A DNA stretch of 64,000 nt from contig CAOKHZ010000008.1 in the NCBI GenBank assembly GCA_948468385.1, positions 40,265-104,264 on the forward strand. The letters are read 5' to 3'. Source of the DNA: an uncultured Faecalicatena sp. (GTDB lineage Bacteria > Bacillota > Clostridia > Lachnospirales > Lachnospiraceae). Every line of letters begins with the position of its first letter. Position 1 is the first letter of the stretch. Both the position numbers and the translations under genes were made by a program. The notes under the pieces are model-generated. The model was not told the origin of the DNA, made no database searches, and saw only the letters and a program-made list of their open reading frames with translations. Shown here one piece after another: positions 26,524 through 34,172 of this stretch.

Positions 26524-27903
26524 ATGGGCGCGGTGGAATTTTTTGAGGAGCTTCGGTTTATCTGGGAACTGCTGGCGGCGGAGCACTTATTCGCGCTCGT
26601 GTTTGCAAAACGGCGGAAACGGTATGGCTGGATGGCAATGGTAAGTGGCTTGACTTTGACGGCCTGGGCATGTCTTTATCCGTTTTGGCAGAACGGCTTT
26701 TCCTGGGACGAATATGGCGGTTGGGGAAAAGTTTTTCACATCGCGTGGTATGTTGTTTTGGCGGTTGCCAGTGGAATTGCCCTTTATCTTTGTTATGACC
26801 TGACCGTGGCGGACACGATGTTTTTGTGCGTGGCGGGATACAGCCTGCAACATGTCGAGTTCGTCATGGTAAACGAGGTGTTGGCGAAGGGCGTTTGCGG
26901 GTGGCTTCCGAACCTCTTGCCCCTCTACGTGGCCGTCTGCGTGGTGACGGCGATTCTTTTGTACGTGTTGGCTTACAGCGTCGTTGCGGATAATTTTCAC
27001 GCGGCGGGCGGGACGCTTTTCGAGGACAAGCCGTCAAACTTGATTTTCATGTCTTTGACGTGCTCCATGCTGTTCGCGGCGACGTTCATGTGTCAGGAGA
27101 TTTTCGTCTCAAGCCAGTATAATTATGACCAGATTAATTACCTGGGGGCGGCGACGGATTTTTTGATTTGCCTTTTGATACTTGGCGTGCAATATAATAT
27201 TTGCAAGGTGCACAACCTAAACCGTGAGAGGGACATTATCGGACAGCTTTTGTACGAGCGCAAGCGGCAGTATGAGTTGTCACGGGAAAATATCGAGACA
27301 ATCAACCACAAGTGCCACGACTTGAAGCACCAGATACGGGCCCTCAAACAAGTGGGGCAAGATGAGCGAAACCAGTATATCGACGAGCTGGAACATTCAA
27401 TCGACATCTACGACGCGGTCGTGGAGACGGGAAACGAGGTGGTCAACACGATTTTGTCGGAGAAGTCGCTAAACTGTGAGAGGCGTAAAATTAAGCTTTC
27501 GTATATTGTCGATGCCAGCCACCTCGATTTCATGAGCACGCTGGACATTTACGCGATATTGGGAAACGCGCTCGATAATGCGATTGAAAACGTCAGCAGG
27601 TATCAGGATGCCGACAAGCGGGTCATCAGTCTGGCAATCAAGACGGTCGGGGATTTCCTTAGCATTCAGACGAATAATTATTGCGAGGGCGAAGTGGAGA
27701 TTCGCGGCGGGCTGCCGGTGACTACCAAGCGGGACAAAGAATATCATGGCTTCGGGATGAAGAGCATGCGCCATTTGGCTGGTAAATATGGTGGTTCGTT
27801 GGCGGTAAATGTAAAAGATAACGTGTTCACGCTGCAGATATTGTTGCCAATGCCGAACGAATTTTTGAGATTATATGCGGAGAGGAGCCAGAGAGAGTCA
27901 TAA
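26524..27903 (+). CDS. AgrC-like (HPK10) GHKL sensor histidine kinase with ~6 N-terminal TM segments
   Basis: 459 aa. The H-box is INHKCHDLKHQIRAL, the N-box is LGNALDNAIEN and the G-box is HGFGMKSM. It starts 2 nt after the response regulator stop. Confidence 0.85.
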   Translation: MGAVEFFEELRFIWELLAAEHLFALVFAKRRKRYGWMAMVSGLTLTAWACLYPFWQNGFSWDEYGGWGKVFHIAWYVVLAVASGIALYLCYDLTVADTMFLCVAGYSLQHVEFVMVNEVLAKGVCGWLPNLLPLYVAVCVVTAILLYVLAYSVVADNFHAAGGTLFEDKPSNLIFMSLTCSMLFAATFMCQEIFVSSQYNYDQINYLGAATDFLICLLILGVQYNICKVHNLNRERDIIGQLLYERKRQYELSRENIETINHKCHDLKHQIRALKQVGQDERNQYIDELEHSIDIYDAVVETGNEVVNTILSEKSLNCERRKIKLSYIVDASHLDFMSTLDIYAILGNALDNAIENVSRYQDADKRVISLAIKTVGDFLSIQTNNYCEGEVEIRGGLPVTTKRDKEYHGFGMKSMRHLAGKYGGSLAVNVKDNVFTLQILLPMPNEFLRLYAERSQRES

Positions 27904-27956
27904 GCTTCGGGTGCCGGGATTGTGAAAAGGATAATGGGGCGTGTAAGATGTGCCAG

Positions 27957-28004
27957 AAAAGTGCCAGTCGTGCCAGAGGTGTTGCGAGGAGTGGCACTTT
28001 TTTG
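27957..28004 (+). terminator. Terminator-like hairpin after the four-gene unit
   Basis: AAAAGTGCCA ... TGGCACTTTT stem (10 bp, 24-nt loop) followed by additional T residues. Confidence 0.5.
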
Positions 28005-28082
28005 TATGCTAAGAAAAAGAAGCGCGTAAGCGTCCATATTACGGGTGCCAAGTGCTCATAACGAGAAGGGAGATCGAGGAAG

Positions 28083-31000
28083 ATGAAAAAGGCCAGGAAA
28101 CCAATGACCGTGCCGAAAGCCGTGGTGACTTACGTCATTTGTGCGGTTCTGATCTGCGCGATGCTGATTGGCACATATTACGCGGACGTGTACCGTGACC
28201 TGATTACGGTGTTCATGAGCGGTTCGGGGACGGTCACGACGGACAAGTCCGAGGAGGTTTGCCGTACGATTGAGGAGGAGGGCATGGTTTTGCTCAAGAA
28301 TGAAGATGCCGCCCTGCCCCTTGCGTCGGGAGCGAAAATATCCTTGTTCGGTCAGGACAGCGTGGACTTCGTGTATGGCGGGGCGGGCTCCGGTTCCGTG
28401 GACACGACGCTTGCACCGAACTTGAAAGAGGCCATGGAGGCGGCCGGATTTACGGTCAATGAGACGTTGTGGGACTTCTATGAGACGGGGGCGGGAAAAA
28501 GTTACCGCAAGAGCGTGCCGGACGAGACCGGCGCGGGAGAGTTCGCCATCAACGAGGTTACGGCAGACGTTTATACGGACGCGGTGAAGGAGAGCTTTGC
28601 CGAGTATAATGACGCGGCGATCGTCTGCATCGGGCGAAGCGGCGGGGAGAGCGCGGACATTCCGACAGAACCGCTCGCGTCGGGGTACCAGTATCTGGAA
28701 TTGGATAACAATGAGATGGACATGCTTGCAATGGCATGTGAAAATTTCGACACGGTAGTCGTGCTTCTTAATGCCAACAATGCATTAGAGTTGGGATTTT
28801 TGGAGGACGAGGCGTATGAAAACGTGAAAGCCTGCATGTGGTGCGGAGGCGTTGGCCAGGTCGGAATCTACGCGATTGGTGACGCGCTGGCCGGGAATAT
28901 TAATTTCTCGGGGCATTTGGCGGACACGTATGCGTACGATTCGCTCAGTGCCCCGTCGAGCGCCAACATCGGTGATTTTGACATTTTGAACAGTGAAGTC
29001 ACGAATGGAACGAAATATGCGGTTTATGCGGAAAATATTTACGTGGGTTATCGTTACTATGAGACGCGCTACGAGGACGTGGTGTTAGACCAGGGGAACG
29101 CGGGAGATTTCGATTACGCTTCCGAGGTGCAATTCCCGTTTGGATTTGGTTTGTCCTATACGGAATTTGAGTGGTCGGATTACGAGGTCGAGGAGAAAGC
29201 GGATACGTTCGAGGTTTCCGTGAAGGTGACCAATACCGGCGACGTGGCGGGTAAGGACGTGGTGGAAATCTACATGCAATCGCCTTATACCGATTACGAT
29301 AAGGAAAACGGAGTGGAGAAGGCGGCCGTCGAGTTGGTCGGATTTGAAAAAACCGGGGAAATCAAGGCCGGGGATTCTGAGACGGTCAAGGTGTCCGTGC
29401 CGAAGGAGAGCATGAAGGCCTACGACGCGAACAAGGCCAAGACCTATATTTTGGACGAGGGTGATTACTATTTCGCGGCGGGCAAGGACGCGCATGACGC
29501 GCTCAATCACATCTTGGCGGCCAAAGGCTACACGACCAAGGACGGCATGGACGAAGAGGGCGATGAAAGCCTTGTGTACAAGACGACGGTCGATAAATTT
29601 GACGATGAAATTTATGCCAAGTCCAGCGAGACGGGCGAGAAAATAGAAAATCAACTGGATGACGTGGACATTCGTTATTATGACGGCGAGTTCACCTATT
29701 TGACGAGAAATGATTGGGAAGGGACATATCCGACTACCTATAAGGACGGCGGCATGAACGCTTCCACGTCAATGCTTCAGGAGCTTGAATGGGATCGTGG
29801 TGACGAGGTCGTCGCGGACGGATCCACGATGCCAAAATTCGAGGTGGAGACGGACAAAAAGGTGGCAGACGTTGCCGGATTGGATTATGCGGATTCGGCG
29901 TGGATGGAGCTGGTGGCGAGCCTGCCGGCAGACAAGGCGATGCAAATCGTGCGCCTTGGCGGTTACGCGACCGTGCAGGCCGACGCGATTGGGCTGCCGC
30001 CCACGCAGGACAAGGACGGCCCGTCCGGCATTTCCGGCACGCTTGTCGGAGGACAAAGCGCGATGGCATATCCGGTGGAGGCGGTGATGGCCTGCACATG
30101 GAATAAAGAATTGATGTACGAGCTGGGCGAAAGCCTTGGCGAGGACTCGGTTAACACCGGCGTGACCGGATGGTACGCGCCGGGCGTGAACATCCATCGT
30201 TCGCCGTATAGCGGCCGTAATTTCGAGTATTTCTCGGAGGACGGCTATCTGTCAGGACAGATGGCGGGCAACGAGGTGAAAGGTGCACGCGAAAAGGGCG
30301 TCATCACCTATATGAAACATTTTGCCTTAAACGACCAGGAGACGAACCGTTATGGCGGCGCGATATTTGCCGGCGAGCAGGCAATTCGAGAAATTTACCT
30401 GAAAGGTTTTGAATATACGGTGACGATCGGCAATACCAATGCGGCGATGGCGTCCATGAACCGTATCGGCGCGCGTTGGGTCGGCGCGCACAAGGGCCTG
30501 ATGACGAACATTCTGCGTGACGAGTGGGGCTTCGAGGGCATGGTCATTACCGACCAGGCTTCCGTTCCGGCGATGTTTTATCAGGACATCATATCCGGGT
30601 TGGACGCGGGGACGGATCTTTGGCTGAACACGAACAAGAATTACTGGAAGCTGAGCGAGTATGCGGAAAGTGACGGCACGGTGACGGACTGGACGAATAA
30701 TGCCACCGTCATGAACAACGTGCAGCGGGCGGCAAAGAACGTGATTTACGCGGTCGGCACGTCGAATGCGATGGACACGTTGTCAGAGGACGGCGCGGTG
30801 GAAAATAGCAAGGCTCCGTGGGAAGTCGCATTGATTATATTGCAAATTCTGGTGTACGGCGTTTGCCTGATTCTCATCGTTATTACGACGATCAGGCTAG
30901 TGAAATATTTGAAGTCAAGACCTAAGACTGAGAGCGCGGAAGGAGAGGATATCGTGAAAAAGAGTACGGTGGCAATTTTGGTAGTGGTCGCGGTAATAAT

Positions 31001-31538
31001 CGGGTTGGTGGCCGGCGGGGTCGGCATGAAGTTCCTGGGTTCGCCGGCAAAACCGGCGGACGGCGGTGCGGCCGCGGGTGAAGGTGGAAACGCGGCAACG
31101 GGCGGTGCGGCCATCGCCAACGTGTATGTCAATGGGGAAACCGTGGATAATGATTATGATGACAGAAATTACGTGGAGTATGAATTGACCTTGTTCACGG
31201 ATGGCACGTACCAGATGCGCATGACGGAAGCAACGAGCGGTTACGGCATGGTTCTTTCTCATACGACGGTCACGACGTTCGGCACGTTTGAAAAAGGCGA
31301 GTCTTCGGATGGGTACACGGCTTGTGAATTGTCGGAGGCCACCCGGATTATATACAACGGATTTTCCGACATGGGCGGATATAACCTTTCCCATGATTCG
31401 GATTCCTGCACGTTTCCGGTGGAGCTTCCGGGCGGCATCATGACGGAAAAGGAAGACTTCTGGGCACAGTTTGGCGCGGCGCGGACGGTGTATATTGATG
31501 ACGCGGCCACAAGCAAGATGGTATTCACGTTGGATTAA
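28083..31538 (+). CDS. Membrane-anchored glycoside hydrolase family 3 enzyme (beta-glucosidase/xylosidase-like) with permuted domain order and a C-terminal 2-TM plus extra-domain extension
   Basis: 1151 aa with an N-terminal TM. The GH3 C-terminal-type domain comes first (LLKNEDAALPL...ISLFG; FPFGFGLSYTEFEW), then an Fn3-like module (VKVTNTGDVAGKDVVEIYMQ). The GH3 catalytic domain follows (NIHRSPYSGRNFEYFSEDGYL...KHFALNDQETNR). After that come two TM helices and a ~170-aa tail. Confidence 0.85.
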   Translation: MKKARKPMTVPKAVVTYVICAVLICAMLIGTYYADVYRDLITVFMSGSGTVTTDKSEEVCRTIEEEGMVLLKNEDAALPLASGAKISLFGQDSVDFVYGGAGSGSVDTTLAPNLKEAMEAAGFTVNETLWDFYETGAGKSYRKSVPDETGAGEFAINEVTADVYTDAVKESFAEYNDAAIVCIGRSGGESADIPTEPLASGYQYLELDNNEMDMLAMACENFDTVVVLLNANNALELGFLEDEAYENVKACMWCGGVGQVGIYAIGDALAGNINFSGHLADTYAYDSLSAPSSANIGDFDILNSEVTNGTKYAVYAENIYVGYRYYETRYEDVVLDQGNAGDFDYASEVQFPFGFGLSYTEFEWSDYEVEEKADTFEVSVKVTNTGDVAGKDVVEIYMQSPYTDYDKENGVEKAAVELVGFEKTGEIKAGDSETVKVSVPKESMKAYDANKAKTYILDEGDYYFAAGKDAHDALNHILAAKGYTTKDGMDEEGDESLVYKTTVDKFDDEIYAKSSETGEKIENQLDDVDIRYYDGEFTYLTRNDWEGTYPTTYKDGGMNASTSMLQELEWDRGDEVVADGSTMPKFEVETDKKVADVAGLDYADSAWMELVASLPADKAMQIVRLGGYATVQADAIGLPPTQDKDGPSGISGTLVGGQSAMAYPVEAVMACTWNKELMYELGESLGEDSVNTGVTGWYAPGVNIHRSPYSGRNFEYFSEDGYLSGQMAGNEVKGAREKGVITYMKHFALNDQETNRYGGAIFAGEQAIREIYLKGFEYTVTIGNTNAAMASMNRIGARWVGAHKGLMTNILRDEWGFEGMVITDQASVPAMFYQDIISGLDAGTDLWLNTNKNYWKLSEYAESDGTVTDWTNNATVMNNVQRAAKNVIYAVGTSNAMDTLSEDGAVENSKAPWEVALIILQILVYGVCLILIVITTIRLVKYLKSRPKTESAEGEDIVKKSTVAILVVVAVIIGLVAGGVGMKFLGSPAKPADGGAAAGEGGNAATGGAAIANVYVNGETVDNDYDDRNYVEYELTLFTDGTYQMRMTEATSGYGMVLSHTTVTTFGTFEKGESSDGYTACELSEATRIIYNGFSDMGGYNLSHDSDSCTFPVELPGGIMTEKEDFWAQFGAARTVYIDDAATSKMVFTLD

Positions 31539-31617
31539 GCGGGTAATATTTGCCTTGGCGGGCATGTGTGTATAAAAAAGAACCAGGTTTAGAAAATGGG
31601 CGGGTACCTCCTGCGAT

Positions 31618-31640
31618 GGCGGGTGGCGACCCGCCTTTTC
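31618..31640 (+). terminator. Rho-independent terminator after the GH3 gene
   Basis: GGCGGGT-GGCG-ACCCGCC followed by TTTT. Confidence 0.8.
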
Positions 31641-31688
31641 GAAGGTAAATAAACATATGGGAAATGCCCACCACCATAAGTAAAAGCA

Positions 31689-31717
31689 TTGAAATTTTGA
31701 GCTTAAGATGCTATGAT
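31689..31717 (+). promoter_or_regulatory. Sigma-A-type promoter of the WYL-WYL-rtcB unit
   Basis: TTGAAA (31689-31694), 17 nt spacer, TATGAT (31712-31717). Confidence 0.6.
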
Positions 31718-31786
31718 TTTAACATATGGTTATACTGTTACAATTCACCAAGATGGATGGAAACGGGAGTGGCGAGGAGAGACACG

Positions 31787-33094
31787 ATGGCGTACAGTGA
31801 GTTGATTAAAAATTTTGAATCCATCCGTGACTATATGCGGGAGTTTTACGTGTACGGTTTTCGCCGCCGCGGCGAGGTTGGCGCGAAGAGCGCCCGCAGT
31901 TATGATAATGAGAAGCGGCGCATTGAGAGCTGGCTGGGCGATTACATGTCCTTTACGCGGTCGCCTTCCGGTCGGGCGAGGTTTTTGTCCATGGACGCTC
32001 GCAATGTCCGGCACAATCCGTTTTATCAGGCGTTTCGGGCGAAATCGTTTACGGACAATGACATGATTTTACACTTTTTTCTTTTGGACTTGCTTGGAGA
32101 AGAACACTGGCTTTCGTTTCGGGAAATCGCGGAGGGACTTCATGGGGAATATTTTGACAAATTAAAGAAGCCTTTCATACTGGATGAATCCACGATAAGG
32201 AATAAATTGAAAGAGTATGTGAAAATCGGTCTGTTGGAGCAAAAAAAGGAGGGGAAAAGCGTTTTATACCGAAAGGTAAAATGTGGCGTGGATCTGTCGT
32301 CGTGGATGGATGCCGTCGCTTTTTTCGCGGAGGAAAATCCGTTGGGGGTGGTCGGTTCTTTTATATTGGCGCGAAAGGGATTGCAGAATGCGACGTGTTT
32401 TCAATTTCGCCATCATTACATGTTATACGCGCTGGACAGCCAGGTGCTTTACGAATTGTTGGATGCCATGAAAGGCAAGTGCGCGGTGGAGATTGCCGTC
32501 GCGAGGCGCAGAAGGGAGGCATCACGCGGGTACGGCGTTTACCCGGTGAAGATTTTTATCAGCACGCAGACGGGGCGCGAATACGTGCTGGCTTATGAAT
32601 ATGGGCAGAGGAAGTTGTCATTTTTCCGGTTAGACCATATCAAGGGCGTGAAAAAGGGGCGACGAGAAGAAAAGTGGGAAACCTACGAGCGGCGTTTTGA
32701 AAAATTTCGAAAAAATCTGTGGGGAGTGTCCGCCGGGCAGGAGCGGCGGACGGAACATTTGGAAATGACGGTGGCCGTTTACGAGGGCGAGGAATATATC
32801 GTGCGGCGGCTTGAGAGGGAGAAGCGAAACGGCCGGGTGGAAAAATTGAGTGGGGACGCGTGTCAGAATTTGACAGACGTGCGTGGCGTGGCGGGATTAT
32901 ATCAGTACATGGCAGACGAGCGTGGCGGGGTGGAGTTATATCAGTATACGGCAGACGCGCGCGACGCGGTGGAAATGTTGCCGTGGATTCGCACGTTTAT
33001 TGGCAGAATCGTGAAACTGGAGTGCACGAACCCGGCCGTCGTCGCGACTTTTGAAAGTGACATGCGAAAATTGTATGACATGTATCATGTGTGA
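31787..33094 (+). CDS. WYL-domain-like transcriptional regulator A (wHTH N-terminus, degenerate WYL beta-barrel, C-terminal extension)
   Basis: The ORF track starts at 31664, but ATG at 31787 follows a GAGGAGAG RBS. The protein begins MAYSELIKNFESIRDYMREFYVYGF. The WYL-type segment is GVYPVKIFISTQTGREYVLAYEYGQRKLSFFRLDHIKGV. Confidence 0.65.
   Translation: MAYSELIKNFESIRDYMREFYVYGFRRRGEVGAKSARSYDNEKRRIESWLGDYMSFTRSPSGRARFLSMDARNVRHNPFYQAFRAKSFTDNDMILHFFLLDLLGEEHWLSFREIAEGLHGEYFDKLKKPFILDESTIRNKLKEYVKIGLLEQKKEGKSVLYRKVKCGVDLSSWMDAVAFFAEENPLGVVGSFILARKGLQNATCFQFRHHYMLYALDSQVLYELLDAMKGKCAVEIAVARRRREASRGYGVYPVKIFISTQTGREYVLAYEYGQRKLSFFRLDHIKGVKKGRREEKWETYERRFEKFRKNLWGVSAGQERRTEHLEMTVAVYEGEEYIVRRLEREKRNGRVEKLSGDACQNLTDVRGVAGLYQYMADERGGVELYQYTADARDAVEMLPWIRTFIGRIVKLECTNPAVVATFESDMRKLYDMYHV
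32882..32959 (+). repeat. Two tandem 39-bp copies inside WYL-A (RGVAGLYQYMADE / RGGVELYQYTADA)
   Basis: Units at 32882-32920 and 32921-32959, in frame, followed by a partial third unit (RDAVE). Confidence 0.8.
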
Positions 33095-33115
33095 GACGGG
33101 GCGAAGGAGTAGGCG

Positions 33116-34021
33116 ATGATTTTCAGCGAGATTTATGGTACATATTTTCAGGTGGTCGCGGAGATTTTGGAACTTGCGTCGCGGGAAGCGGTTTCGGAGA
33201 AAAAGATACGCGAAATCGTGGAGAAAAAGGCGTTTTCCGAGAGCGTCCTTTCCATACCGGCGGCGTTAAAGGACGGAAGGTGGCCGCTTTTGGACGAGGA
33301 TGGAAGAGCGTTGCTTAAAAACATTCCTTCCATGCCGATGACGATTTTGGAGAAACGATGGCTGAAAGCGTTGCTGTCAGACCCGCGGATTGCCTTGTTT
33401 GGGCCGTCCGTGGCAGGCCTGGAAGACGTGGAACCGTTGTTTACGTCAGACATGTTCGTGTACTTTGATCGTTATGCGGATGGCGATCCATATGATGATT
33501 GGCGATACGTGGAACATTTTCGCATGATCATGACCGCGCTTAAGGAGGGGCGGAAGCTGCGGGTACGGTTTCGCATGAGGAAGGGGAAGGAATGCCGGAT
33601 GATTTGCGTGCCGTGCAAATTGGAGTATTCCGCAAAAGATGACAAGTTCCGGCTTCTGGCCATCGCGGGAGGAGGTCGGGTGACGATTAACGTGGCGCGG
33701 ATTCTGGAGTGCCGTTTTCTGGCGGAGTGTGAAAGCGGGGCGACGTTACCGGCATGTGAAAAGCAAGAGGTCGAGTTGCTTTTGGTTGACGAGCGAAATG
33801 CCCTGGAACGTGCGATGCTACATTTTTCTCATTTTGAGAAAGTAACGGAACGGTTGGACGAAAGGCATTACCATTTCTTACTTCGCTATGAAAAGGAGGA
33901 CGAGACAGAAATGCTTGTTCGGATTTTGTCGTTCGGGCCGAGGCTTCGGGTGGTTGCGCCGGAGGAGTTCGTGGAGAGGATAAGGGAAAGGTTGGAAAGA
34001 CAGAAACGGTTACAAGAATAA
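33116..34021 (+). CDS. WYL-domain-like protein B (second regulator subunit candidate)
   Basis: 301 aa, 21 bp after gene A, with a GGAG RBS. The WYL-type segment is CRMICVPCKLEYSAKDDKFRLLAIAGGGRVTINVARILEC. Confidence 0.6.
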   Translation: MIFSEIYGTYFQVVAEILELASREAVSEKKIREIVEKKAFSESVLSIPAALKDGRWPLLDEDGRALLKNIPSMPMTILEKRWLKALLSDPRIALFGPSVAGLEDVEPLFTSDMFVYFDRYADGDPYDDWRYVEHFRMIMTALKEGRKLRVRFRMRKGKECRMICVPCKLEYSAKDDKFRLLAIAGGGRVTINVARILECRFLAECESGATLPACEKQEVELLLVDERNALERAMLHFSHFEKVTERLDERHYHFLLRYEKEDETEMLVRILSFGPRLRVVAPEEFVERIRERLERQKRLQE

Positions 34022-34046
34022 AATAGGTTCAAGGACAGAAACGGTT
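33999..34046 (+). repeat. Perfect 13-bp direct repeat GACAGAAACGGTT (two copies, 35 bp apart) spanning the WYL-B stop and the rtcB upstream region
   Basis: Copies at 33999-34011 and 34034-34046, with partial similarity continuing for ~14 more nt. This is either a small tandem duplication of the gene's 3' end or a pair of regulator sites. Confidence 0.8.
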
Positions 34047-34112
34047 GCAGACGAAATAATGCGTTGTCATTCGTGACGGCTTCGCGCACATGAGTTCGCA
34101 ACCTTTTTTCCA

Positions 34113-34121
34113 TGATAAAAT
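34113..34121 (+). promoter_or_regulatory. Possible extended -10 element (TGATAAAAT) for an rtcB-proximal promoter
   Basis: TG-n-TAAAAT lies 52 nt before the rtcB ATG. There is no good -35 element. Confidence 0.3.
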
Positions 34122-34172
34122 CTGGTAATCGTGTTACCATCTTTGTATCACGGAAGGAAAGAAGGGAAAATC

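Noticed and set aside
25818-27903. Search for agrB/agrD-like genes or short peptide ORFs around both AgrC-like kinases (also 51346-53583)
   Set aside because: No multi-TM AgrB-like ORF and no 30-60-codon ORF with an RBS and an amphipathic-leader or Cys-containing core was found. The absence is noted in the findings rather than called as a feature.
31664-31786. N-terminal extensions suggested by the ORF track for several genes (31664, 34131, 43857, 44999, 49939, 51345, 51518, 52165, 53746, 59540)
   Set aside because: The extensions lack RBSs, overlap upstream genes or terminators, and add sequence unrelated to the protein families. Internal ATG starts with proper GGAGG-type RBSs were preferred.
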